Positions 9,920 through 18,535 of a DNA stretch of 49,486 nucleotides are shown here, in pieces. This DNA is from Myxococcota bacterium (GTDB lineage Bacteria; Myxococcota_A; UBA796; GCA-2862545), in contig JBCCQY010000054.1 in assembly GCA_039208735.1 (NCBI GenBank), positions 1-49,486 of the forward strand, read 5' to 3'. Position numbers and translations under genes: made by a program. Within the stretch, counting starts at the first letter, position 1; every line of letters starts with the position of its first letter. The notes under the pieces are model-generated. The model had not been told where the DNA came from. It did not search any database and saw nothing but the letters and a program-made list of their open reading frames with translations.

Positions 9920-11173
9920 TTACGGGCTTGCAACAGGCTCGATTCGGAAGATGATCTCCGAGCGGAAGTCCGCGACCCAGACGCGTCCTTGAGGGTCGTG
10001 GGTGAACGCCGTCGGGGAGACGTCAAATTGACCAAGCGCGATCGGAGCGTCGACGGGTCGTCGCGCGTCGGGCAGACGAAGCGCCCAAAAGCGTCCGGTC
10101 ACGAAGTCTGCGAACACGTAGTGGTCTTGCAACGGACCCGGCGCCTCCGTGACGACTCCTCCAGTGAGCGAGGCTCCATCGTACCGACCGTACGTGAACA
10201 CGGGGTCCACAAACCCTTCGTTCGCGCAACCCTCGGGCGGATCGTGGCAGGCGAATCCTTCGCGGATCCGCCACCCCAGGTTGTCGCCCCGCTCGACGAC
10301 GTTGATTTCTTCCCAGGCGCTTTGGCCAACATCGGCCACCACCAGTCGACCCAAGGGATCGAACGTGAAACGCCAAGGGTTGCGAAGGCCATAGGCCCAG
10401 ATTTCGGGGCGAGTGGTCGTGGGACTTGACGCAAATGGGTTGTCGGGGGGAATGGTGTAGGAACCTGGGGTCGAGACATCGAGTCGCAGCATGCTTCCCA
10501 GCAGCGTCTTGAGGTCTTGACCGTTCTTGAAAGGGTCTCCTCCCGCGCATCCATCCCCCAGGCCGACATAGAGCATTCCATCTGGGCCAAAGGCGATTTG
10601 ACCCCCATTGTGGGTCCCTGCGGGTTGGCGAACGGAGATGACATCACCGATCCGCTTCGGATTGCGAAGCGACTTTGGGTTCACGTGGTGCTCGGTCACC
10701 ACGGTGACGAACTCGTCCTCTTCCCGCATTGGACAGTGGTTGACGAAAAAACGCCCGTTGGACTCGAACGCCGGATGAAACGCGAAGCCCAGCACGCCGC
10801 ACTCGAGCGCATCGAGTACGTCAAGCCACATCCAGTATTCGCGCAATCCCGATTCGAAGTCGACAAGGTGAAGGGTGCCCCACTTCGACGTCACCACCAT
10901 GCGATCAGGATGGCCTGGAACGAAGGCGAGATCGGTGGGTTGACCGATCCCGGCCACGATCGGCACCAGTCGGACATCGACCTTCGTTCGCTCCTGGTCC
11001 GGCCCTTCGAACGTTGGTGTCAAAGGGCCAATCGTTGGTTGGTAGGGCTCGGGAGGTGGGGCCGCGGCGCCGAACCAATCCTGCGGCAACTGCAAGGCCA
11101 GGGCGGTGCCGAGGCCGACACCCATCACGGTCGCAGCGGCTGCCGGGAGCAGTCGGGTTCTGGACTGGACCAT
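9920..11173 (-). CDS. PQQ-dependent sugar dehydrogenase (glucose/sorbosone dehydrogenase family)
   Basis: LGFAFHPAF, HNGGQIAFGPDGMLYVGLGDG, IPPDNPF, EIWAYGLRNPWRFTFD and WEEIN motifs. RBS GGAGG precedes ATG 11173. Confidence 0.92.
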   Translation of the reverse strand: MVQSRTRLLPAAAATVMGVGLGTALALQLPQDWFGAAAPPPEPYQPTIGPLTPTFEGPDQERTKVDVRLVPIVAGIGQPTDLAFVPGHPDRMVVTSKWGTLHLVDFESGLREYWMWLDVLDALECGVLGFAFHPAFESNGRFFVNHCPMREEDEFVTVVTEHHVNPKSLRNPKRIGDVISVRQPAGTHNGGQIAFGPDGMLYVGLGDGCAGGDPFKNGQDLKTLLGSMLRLDVSTPGSYTIPPDNPFASSPTTTRPEIWAYGLRNPWRFTFDPLGRLVVADVGQSAWEEINVVERGDNLGWRIREGFACHDPPEGCANEGFVDPVFTYGRYDGASLTGGVVTEAPGPLQDHYVFADFVTGRFWALRLPDARRPVDAPIALGQFDVSPTAFTHDPQGRVWVADFRSEIIFRIEPVASP

Positions 11174-11181
11174 CGGACCTC

Positions 11182-11850
11182 CTAGCGGGTTCGGTGCGAA
11201 CCGGGGCGCGTAGCCCCGCGGGGTATGTCGAGCAACCGCTGGATGGCATCCTCCGGCAGCGGATCGACCCCGGCCAAGATCGCTTCGACCGTCGAGATGC
11301 GGTCGTTGCCCCAAACCAATTCGCCGGCAATCTCGAAGGTCGGAACACCAAACACGCCAAGCTCAAGCGCATGCGCGGTGCTTTGCTTCAAGGCCTCCTT
11401 CACTGCAGGTTCCTGAGTACGCTCCACCATGGCGGAGCCGGGTAGGCCCGCATCTTCGAGGGCGGCGGCGAGGGCCCGGGGATCCGCAAGGTCGAGCCCA
11501 TTGCCCCATCCTTGCCGGAAGAGGACGTCGATCACTTGGACCTGGTGTTCCCCTGCGACCTCTGGCAGGGCGACCCGGAGTGCAGTCGTGGGCACGAACG
11601 GATGGGTCGCAGGACCGCGCAACGGAATCGCGTGCTGAGCGGCGTACCGTGCGATGTCGCGGAACGTGAACTCCCGTTTGCTCTCGATTTCGGCGGGGCC
11701 CAGTTGGCCATGGTGGTTGAGAATGGCTGCGAACAGCACCGGCCGGTATTGCACGTTCACTTGATGCCGCTCCTCGATTCTTGCCACTTGAAGATGGGCA
11801 AAGTAGGCGTATGGGCTGATGAAATCGAAATAGAGCGGAATCTCGGTCAC
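11182..11850 (-). CDS. 2-hydroxychromene-2-carboxylate isomerase / GST-kappa (DsbA-like) family protein
   Basis: YFDFISPYAY, GVFGVPTF and WGNDR motifs. Confidence 0.9.
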   Translation of the reverse strand: MTEIPLYFDFISPYAYFAHLQVARIEERHQVNVQYRPVLFAAILNHHGQLGPAEIESKREFTFRDIARYAAQHAIPLRGPATHPFVPTTALRVALPEVAGEHQVQVIDVLFRQGWGNGLDLADPRALAAALEDAGLPGSAMVERTQEPAVKEALKQSTAHALELGVFGVPTFEIAGELVWGNDRISTVEAILAGVDPLPEDAIQRLLDIPRGATRPGSHRTR

Positions 11851-11891
11851 GGCGCCTCCGTGCGCTATGGTACCCCGCGAGGGTTTCCGCC

Positions 11892-13295
11892 ATGCGATTG
11901 CTGATGCAGACAGCGACGGGCTCCTTTGCCGCTTGGCAAAGCACGACGCTCGCCGAACTAGGGCTCCGGGAGTCCGATCTCGAAGCCGCTATCGTTGCAG
12001 ATTCGGGTTCATTGATCTTGGCTCCCCTTGACCGACTCTTTGGGGAAGTCCGAGCGTATCGCCAACCGTCTTGGATCAAGGAATCCGGGCGTCGGGTCAT
12101 CCCCGATGTCATTGTGCTCACCGATCACGGTGAGGTCGTGGTCGTGGAGGCGAAGCGGCTGGGCAACCCCGAGTTGCGGGGTCGCGCCGTTGTGGCTCAG
12201 ATCGTGGACTATGCGGCAACACTGTCGAGTATCGACGAAGCAGACTTGGTGAACCGACTGTCTGGCGGCGCTTGCACCACGTGGGAGGCGTTGTGTGCCA
12301 GGGATTTTCCCCACTTGGGTGGGGATGATGCGTGTCGAAGGCTTGCGCGTCGGTTTCGGCAGCGGGTCTCGGAGGCCGAAATCGACCTGGTCATTGCGTG
12401 TGACGAGGCGCCGGATGCCCTCGCTGGCTGGGTGCGAGCTGCGGGACGGCAGAGTGCGTTGGGGTTCGACCTCCATGTGGTCGAGATCTGTCCGCTGACC
12501 CCGGCGGGAGGTTCCGGGCCCATCGCGTGGCTCCCGAGGCCCCGAGTCTCGACCGAAATCGTTCATCGAACCTCGGTCGTGGTCCGCACGGAAGGCCCGG
12601 CCGCCGTCGAAGTCGAGGTGACGACCGAGTCGGCGGACCGCATCGAGGAAGCCCTCGACAACCCACGACAGGCCCGCCGCCGGGCTGTGGCGCGAGATGT
12701 GCTTACGCCTTCCGCCCGGGCTGTGGGATTGACCTTCGAAGCGCTGTGGACCGAGCTTGCCACCTTCCATGAAGCGATCCTCGAACAGGACTGGTCGGCG
12801 CTCCACGACGCCATCGCGGACCCCGATGATTCGGGCCCCTACCTACGGAAGCGCGATGGCTTTCTCGAGGGTCGCTTTGGCGCGAACCTGGTCCGCCGGT
12901 GGAAGCCCAGCGTATTCATCGGGATCTACTTCGAAGCCCGCGATCATCGGGTGGCCCCGCTCGATGACCGTGGCGATTTCGCGCTGGTTCTGGATGTGAG
13001 TTTGGATGCGCGGCGCACGCCTGGCTTTGATGCAGACGCCTACGTGGCGGCACCGGAGTATCGCGCTCTTTGCGAGCGTCTTCGAACCGACCCCGGACCG
13101 TTCGATGTCGTGGTCTCGACCCGGAATCGTTGGCATCCGTTGTTTCTGCGTCAGCCCCTCGTCGACGTGCTGGGCCCCGTCGGGGAGACAACCGCGCTGC
13201 GCCAACAGCGCTGGCTTGCGACGGCAGATCAGGCGGTCGCAAAACTGCTTGAGGGAGGTGAACTTGCTCGCCTGCGCGAGAGGCTTGCTCCATGA
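11892..13295 (+). CDS. PD-(D/E)XK nuclease-domain protein (NucS/EndoMS-like N-terminus) with unknown C-terminal domain
   Basis: ESDLE...IPDVIVL...VVVEAKR...AVVAQIVDYA matches the E...PD...ExK...QxxxY pattern. Confidence 0.75.
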   Translation: MRLLMQTATGSFAAWQSTTLAELGLRESDLEAAIVADSGSLILAPLDRLFGEVRAYRQPSWIKESGRRVIPDVIVLTDHGEVVVVEAKRLGNPELRGRAVVAQIVDYAATLSSIDEADLVNRLSGGACTTWEALCARDFPHLGGDDACRRLARRFRQRVSEAEIDLVIACDEAPDALAGWVRAAGRQSALGFDLHVVEICPLTPAGGSGPIAWLPRPRVSTEIVHRTSVVVRTEGPAAVEVEVTTESADRIEEALDNPRQARRRAVARDVLTPSARAVGLTFEALWTELATFHEAILEQDWSALHDAIADPDDSGPYLRKRDGFLEGRFGANLVRRWKPSVFIGIYFEARDHRVAPLDDRGDFALVLDVSLDARRTPGFDADAYVAAPEYRALCERLRTDPGPFDVVVSTRNRWHPLFLRQPLVDVLGPVGETTALRQQRWLATADQAVAKLLEGGELARLRERLAP

Positions 13296-13999
13296 TGAAC
13301 ACCGTTATTGAGCCGCCCCCCCGCCCGTCCATCGAGGTTGCGGGAGAGGCCGGCCGATTCCCCATTCGGCGAATTTTCTGTGTGGGACGCAACTATGCGG
13401 CCCATGCCCGCGAAATGGGCTTTGACCCCGATGCGGAGCCGCCGTTCTTTTTCACCAAGCCCGCGGATGCCGTGCTGGACGCTCATCCAGCCCACGACGC
13501 CGCCATCCCCTACCCCCTCGCAACGCAGAACCTCCACCATGAGATCGAGCTGGCGGTGGCCATTCACCGTGGAGGCACGGCGATTCGGCCGGAAGATGCC
13601 CTGAACCACGTGTTCGGCTACGCGGTGGCCCTCGACTTGACGCGGCGGGATCTCCAGATCGCGATGCGCGAGCGAGGGCGGCCGTGGGACTGGGGCAAGG
13701 CTTTCGACCAGTCTGCGCCGGTGGGAGCGCTGCACCGAGCGGCTGACGTCGGGCATCTTGCGAAGGGTCGGATTTGGTTGTCGATCGATGGGATGGTGCG
13801 CCAAGACGCCGATCTGGCCGCCCTCATCTGGCCGGTGCCCCACATTTTGGCCCACCTCACGCAGGCCGTGGCCTTGGCGCCAGGGGACTTGGTCCTCACA
13901 GGAACGCCTCAAGGCGTAGGGCCCATCGAGCCTGGGCAAGTCGTGCGGGGAGGCATTGATGGGCTTGGGGAGCTGAAGCTTTCGATTCGGGAGCGCTAG
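13292..13999 (+). CDS. Fumarylacetoacetate hydrolase family protein (fumarylpyruvate hydrolase-like)
   Basis: IFCVGRNYAAHAREMG, FFTKP, HHEIEL, DLTRRDLQ, KAFD and GDLVLTGTPQGVG motifs. Confidence 0.93.
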   Translation: MMNTVIEPPPRPSIEVAGEAGRFPIRRIFCVGRNYAAHAREMGFDPDAEPPFFFTKPADAVLDAHPAHDAAIPYPLATQNLHHEIELAVAIHRGGTAIRPEDALNHVFGYAVALDLTRRDLQIAMRERGRPWDWGKAFDQSAPVGALHRAADVGHLAKGRIWLSIDGMVRQDADLAALIWPVPHILAHLTQAVALAPGDLVLTGTPQGVGPIEPGQVVRGGIDGLGELKLSIRER

Positions 14000-14082
14000 T
14001 TCCTAGATATAAAGTATTGACCAATGGTATCGGTCGATCGAGTCCCGGATCGCGTCAACAGGGACTTCTACCGAACGAAGCG

Positions 14083-14772
14083 TCACTGGACTGGCTCCAG
14101 CATGGCGAGTTCAACGGCATTGAATGCGAGGTGCACGACGACTGGAGCCCAGAGGCTGCCTCGCCACCAGCGCACCGCTCCGAAGAGTGCCCCCGCAACC
14201 CCCGTGTAGAGCATGGGCCAGAAGCCCTGGGCCCAGTGCAGCAGCATGAACGCAACCGACGTGGCGCCAATCGCGACGGCAGGTCCGGAGCGCTCCTCGA
14301 GCCACCGCCAGGCCACTCCGCGGTACAAGGCCTCCTCGATAACGGGGGCGAGGAGCACGGCGGCGATGACCGTTGGCACCAGCCCGGCGCCCAGCGCATC
14401 CCCGACGGCGCCCGATGGAACGTAGTCACCAAACCGACGTCCGAGCCCCTCGATGGCGGGCAAGAGCACGACTTGGTTGAGGGCTACGAGGGGGACCGCG
14501 ACCAGTGCTCCGATGCCGACCTCCTGGGCGACGTTCGCGTTCGAAAAGCCCAAGTCCAAGGCGGTGAGTTCCGCCCGTCGGATCCGTCTCATCAACCACG
14601 CTCCAAGAAGCACGTGGTTGATCAGAAGAAACCAGGGAATAGCGCGAGGAATAGCCTCGGCCAGGGCCTCGGGCTCCCCTTGGACGCCGAAGCCAACGAT
14701 GAGGGAGCCCGCCGCCATGACAACGGCGAAGAGCAGCGGCGGAAACAGAAGCAGGATGAGATTGTCACGCAT
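14083..14772 (-). CDS. CPBP (CAAX/Abi) intramembrane glutamic endopeptidase
   Basis: APVIEEALYRG, FMLLH and VHLAFN motifs, with multiple TM helices. Confidence 0.9.
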   Translation of the reverse strand: MRDNLILLLFPPLLFAVVMAAGSLIVGFGVQGEPEALAEAIPRAIPWFLLINHVLLGAWLMRRIRRAELTALDLGFSNANVAQEVGIGALVAVPLVALNQVVLLPAIEGLGRRFGDYVPSGAVGDALGAGLVPTVIAAVLLAPVIEEALYRGVAWRWLEERSGPAVAIGATSVAFMLLHWAQGFWPMLYTGVAGALFGAVRWWRGSLWAPVVVHLAFNAVELAMLEPVQ

Positions 14773-14799
14773 TCTCGGACCCCGTACGTGCCCAAAACG

Positions 14800-15465
14800 T
14801 CAGGTGGTGAGGGTGCGCCAGCGATGCTCCGACACCCCCCGGAACGCGAGCCAAAGGAAGAACGGAATCTCGGCCAGCGCAAGCACCGTGGCGATGTCCT
14901 TCAGCGCGTCGAGACCGACCACCCCACCGAAGACGAGGCCTCCGTAGCCCACGCCGGCCAGGGCCATGAGGATGCCGAGCACGGATGGAAGCAAGCCCGA
15001 CCTGCTGATGAGCAGGCCGAGGACCAGGCAATGCACGGCAAAGAACGACTGCCAGACGAGGGTAATGGCTTCGCGCACTTCGAAGGCGAAGAGCACGGAA
15101 TCCGGATCCGTTAGAGACAACGCCACCAGGCCAGGAACGAGGGCGGCTCCCTGAAGCGCCGTCATCGCGAGCCGAGCGCCGGCGGCAAGCGCGGCAAGCC
15201 CTTCACTTACGGGTTGGAAGAGCCGAAACAGCGCGACGAGCATGACAAGCTCGGACAGTGCAATCGTCAGCTCCCCGAACAAGCCGGCCCGGAAGAGACC
15301 CGAATGAGCGGTGAGGTTCGCGAGTGTCGCGGTGCCGTCCCCTGGGACGAGCACGGTGGATGGCACATAGACCATGCTGGCTGGGCCGACGGTCAACAGC
15401 AGCACGAACACGACGGTAATGGCCCGCACATAGGGTCGCGGGTCGGACGAGAAGCGGGACTTCAT
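14800..15465 (-). CDS. DUF4386-family membrane protein
   Basis: ATLANLTAHSGLFRAG, FFAVHCLVLGLLI and EIPFFLWLAFRGV motifs. RBS AGGAGG precedes ATG 15465. Confidence 0.8.
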   Translation of the reverse strand: MKSRFSSDPRPYVRAITVVFVLLLTVGPASMVYVPSTVLVPGDGTATLANLTAHSGLFRAGLFGELTIALSELVMLVALFRLFQPVSEGLAALAAGARLAMTALQGAALVPGLVALSLTDPDSVLFAFEVREAITLVWQSFFAVHCLVLGLLISRSGLLPSVLGILMALAGVGYGGLVFGGVVGLDALKDIATVLALAEIPFFLWLAFRGVSEHRWRTLTT

Positions 15466-15626
15466 CGGTGTCCTCCTGGTTTTGAAACATTCGTTTCCGA
15501 TGGAGCGCGACAAGGCGCAGGTGAACCCGCGGGGTGGCGGCTGCCTTCATAGCGAACCTCCATCTTTCGCTCTCGTTGTACGCAGTCAAGCCCGAAGGAG
15601 GTATGGCCGGATTTTGTACACAGGCT

Positions 15627-15640
15627 ATTCATGATTGAAT
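15627..15640. promoter_or_regulatory. Candidate LysR autoregulatory site overlapping the lysR start
   Basis: Inverted repeat ATTCA-TGAT-TGAAT between the divergent DUF4386 and LysR genes. Confidence 0.4.
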
Positions 15641-16541
15641 GGACTGGCGCGTCGTCGGCTTTGATTGGAATCAATTGCGGGCCTTTCTGGTGACTGCCGA
15701 GGAGGGGTCGTTCTCTGCGGCGGCCCGTGCGCTGGGCGCGAGTCAGCCCACGATCGGTCGTCACGTGGCGGCCTTCGAGGAGGAGCTTGGGGTGACGCTA
15801 TTCGAACGCGTTGGCACCCGGCTCGACCTGACCCCTACCGGCGTGGAGTTGCTTGAGCACGCTCACACCATGGCTGGGGCGGCCCTGCGGGTATCTCGGG
15901 TGGCGGCGGGCAAGTCGGCGACGGTCGAAGGCGAGGTTGTGATCACGGCCAGTGAGGTCATCGCGCGGTTTCTGCTGCCGCCGGTGCTTGGGGGACTCCG
16001 GCGTGACCATCCCGGCATCGAACTCGAGGTGGTCGCGACAAACGAGAAGCGGGACCTGCACCAACGCGAGGCCGATATCGCAATTCGAAACATGCGGCCC
16101 AGCCGACCAGATCTGGTGGCGCAGCGACTCCGAGATTTGAGGGTTGGATTCTACGCCTCCCCCGAGTACCTGGAGCGCGTTGGGCCGCTGGATACCCCCG
16201 AGGATGTCGGCCGACGCGCCACCGTGCTTGCCTTCGACCAACGCGATCGCGTGCTCCACGCGTTGCAGGCCGTGGGCATTGCCGTCACCGCCAAGAGCTT
16301 GCCGGTGATGTCGAAGAACCACCTCGTGCTGTGGGCGTTGTGTCGGCACGGTCTGGGACTGGCGATGATCGTGACCGAGGTAGGAGAGGCCGAACCCGAC
16401 GTGGTGCGGGTACTGCCCGACTTCGCGTTTCCCATGGAGAGCTGGTTGGTGTGCCACCGCGAGCTTCGCACGAGCCGTCGCCTGCGCATCGTCTTCGATC
16501 ATTTGGTCGCAGCCCTTGGCAGCGGCCCTCGGGTCCGCTAG
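15639..16541 (+). CDS. LysR-family transcriptional regulator
   Basis: FDWNQLRAFLVTAEEGSFSAAARALGASQPTIGRHVAAFEEELGVTLFER HTH followed by a substrate-binding domain. Confidence 0.95.
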   Translation: MDWRVVGFDWNQLRAFLVTAEEGSFSAAARALGASQPTIGRHVAAFEEELGVTLFERVGTRLDLTPTGVELLEHAHTMAGAALRVSRVAAGKSATVEGEVVITASEVIARFLLPPVLGGLRRDHPGIELEVVATNEKRDLHQREADIAIRNMRPSRPDLVAQRLRDLRVGFYASPEYLERVGPLDTPEDVGRRATVLAFDQRDRVLHALQAVGIAVTAKSLPVMSKNHLVLWALCRHGLGLAMIVTEVGEAEPDVVRVLPDFAFPMESWLVCHRELRTSRRLRIVFDHLVAALGSGPRVR

Positions 16542-16595
16542 CGCAGGGGCGGGCTCAACCCAAAGCTTCGGCTTCTCTGTGGAGTCTCCATCGTC

Positions 16596-18533
16596 ATGCA
16601 TCCAGACGGCGAGTTCGACCTCGAAGGCTTGTCCACCGCACTTGCAGCCCTGTCTTTGGGAGGGGTTCCCGAGACGTTTCCCGACGCGCCCTTGCCCTTT
16701 GAGGGCGTGGATTGGTCGAGCCATGACTGGTTGACCCGGGTTTGCGAGGTGCAGCACTGGCTCTGCTTGGACCAGGAGCTCCACGCCGGAGCCCCGCCTC
16801 GCGACTTGGCGTTGACGTTGTTCCAAGGGCTCGACATGCCGGAGCCCGCGGACGCTTTTGTCGACGAAGGGGGGCAGATACGCCTTACCGCGTTGGGATT
16901 TGCGCAGCTCGAGGCCCGGGTCGCGCTGGCCCAGCAGCACAAAGAGCGTTTCGAGCAAGATCTTGCCGACGACTTTGGTCCGGCTCAGGCCACGCGGCGG
17001 TGGCTTGCGGGGTGGGAAGACGCATCGCTGGCCGTCGATCTCGACAGTGTGCAGGTGCATGCCAAGGTGACGACGTGGACCATCAAGTGGTTCAAGGACC
17101 TCGCGGAGGCCCAGCCGAGCCGTTTGGAACTCAATCCGTCGTACCAGCGGGACCAGGTGTGGTCGACGAGCGACTCGCAGAAGCTGATCGACTCGGTCTT
17201 GCGTGGCATTCCCCTTCCTTCGATCATCCTCAATCAGCGCAAATCGAGTCGGATCCACGAAATCGTCGACGGAAAGCAACGGCTGACGGCCCTCTTGCGG
17301 TTCATTGGCTGCCATCCCGATGGAGTTCGGTATGCGAGGGAACGCAGTACGGAGGCCGCACCGTTTGAACTCTTCCAGCGTGACTACCCTGCTTGGAAGA
17401 GGGCCTTGGGCATTCGCTCGCCTGAAGAGCGGGAACATGGCTTGCCCTTTCGGTTGTCGCCCTACCCGAAGGGACCCCTCGCCCCGCTCGCGGGCAAGTA
17501 CTACTGCGAGATCCGCGAGGCCCGAGTGACCATTCAGGGGTCCGAGGAGGCGGTCGAAGACGTCTTCGAAGGTCCGAGCGACTATCGGATTCCCATCATC
17601 CTCTACCAGAACACCGATCTCGAACAGATCCACAAGGTGTTCGGGCTCTACAACAAACAGGGCAAGCAGCTGAATGCTGAGGAGCTGCGGAATGCCATTT
17701 ACCACCACCTCGACCTGACACGGCTCCTGCTCGCACTGGCCGGCGATTCGCAGCGTCCCGAAGCCCTGGTGCCGTTCGTCGAAGGCACTTCATGGACCGT
17801 GGTGCCGGAGTTGCTCGCCTACCTCGACGTTTCAAAGGCTCGGTTCCATCGGACAAAGCTCGTCAGCTGGGTTGCGGCGGTGCTCACCCATGCGCCGCGT
17901 TCCGATGCAAAGGGCGTGCGTACACCGTCCACGTCGCGATTCATCAACTCGATGCTTGAGGCGGTTACCTCGAACGCTCGCCACGCCCTACAAGACGCCG
18001 CGAACCTTCGGAACCTCGCAGCGGCTCTCACGGGTGGAGCCGCTTTACTCCGTCGGCTTGCCGGCGAGACGGTACTAGGGTTTGCCGGCGAGACGGTTCG
18101 CGAAGCGAACGGCCGGAGTCCGAGGGAAGCGGAGCGTCGCCGAGGACAGGGAGGCCGAGTCGAGACGGCGCTAAGGTTTACCGGCGACGGAGCGATCGAT
18201 CCGAGCTTTGCCAATCGCAAGGGTAGTTCCGGACGCTGGGAAGATCTGCCTGTGGTTGCGGCGTGGTCTGCGTGTGCCTTGGCGGTCCTTGGTGGACATG
18301 AGCCGTCAACGGCCGAAGCCGTGGCTCTGCGCACGGTGACCGAAGGACTTCGCCCGATTGCCAGGCATCAGGGACGCACCCAATGGAGCTACTTGGCCCG
18401 AACCATCCTTCAGTGGCTCGACGCGCTGGCCGTGGACCTCGACCGCCTCGATCGAAGCCTCAAGCAACAGCTCGGGGCTAGCTGTTTGCCGACGCTTCGA
18501 GCCGTGGCGGCCCAGGCGCAGGAAAGCGCGTAG
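16596..18533 (+). CDS. DUF262 (GmrS/ParB-like) domain protein with N- and C-terminal extensions, no HNH domain visible
   Basis: DUF262 motifs LNPSYQRDQVW, LIDSVLRGIPLP, IVDGKQRLT and FGLYNKQGKQLNAEELRN. Confidence 0.85.
   Translation: MHPDGEFDLEGLSTALAALSLGGVPETFPDAPLPFEGVDWSSHDWLTRVCEVQHWLCLDQELHAGAPPRDLALTLFQGLDMPEPADAFVDEGGQIRLTALGFAQLEARVALAQQHKERFEQDLADDFGPAQATRRWLAGWEDASLAVDLDSVQVHAKVTTWTIKWFKDLAEAQPSRLELNPSYQRDQVWSTSDSQKLIDSVLRGIPLPSIILNQRKSSRIHEIVDGKQRLTALLRFIGCHPDGVRYARERSTEAAPFELFQRDYPAWKRALGIRSPEEREHGLPFRLSPYPKGPLAPLAGKYYCEIREARVTIQGSEEAVEDVFEGPSDYRIPIILYQNTDLEQIHKVFGLYNKQGKQLNAEELRNAIYHHLDLTRLLLALAGDSQRPEALVPFVEGTSWTVVPELLAYLDVSKARFHRTKLVSWVAAVLTHAPRSDAKGVRTPSTSRFINSMLEAVTSNARHALQDAANLRNLAAALTGGAALLRRLAGETVLGFAGETVREANGRSPREAERRRGQGGRVETALRFTGDGAIDPSFANRKGSSGRWEDLPVVAAWSACALAVLGGHEPSTAEAVALRTVTEGLRPIARHQGRTQWSYLARTILQWLDALAVDLDRLDRSLKQQLGASCLPTLRAVAAQAQESA
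18058..18190. repeat. In-frame repeat/hairpin insert inside the DUF262 gene
   Basis: TTGCCGGCGAGACGGT occurs twice, with a degenerate copy CGAGACGGCGCTAAGGTTTACCGGCGACGG. Perfect hairpin GTTCGC-GAA-GCGAAC at 18096-18110. Confidence 0.6.
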
Positions 18534-18535
18534 CC

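Noticed and set aside
11182..13999. HCCA isomerase plus FAH hydrolase as a naphthalene/gentisate pathway
   Set aside because: No dioxygenases or other pathway genes are present, and both families are widespread as singletons.
14000..14082. AT-rich patch with an imperfect palindrome (GACCAAT...ATCGGTC) and an AGTCCC/GGGACT hairpin
   Set aside because: It lies between convergent genes and is too short and degenerate to call an operator, terminator or att site.
14017..15114. 365-aa plus-strand ORF
   Set aside because: Antisense to the CPBP and DUF4386 genes, with shadow-like composition.
15798..17708. 636-aa minus-strand ORF
   Set aside because: Antisense to the clearly identified LysR and DUF262 genes.
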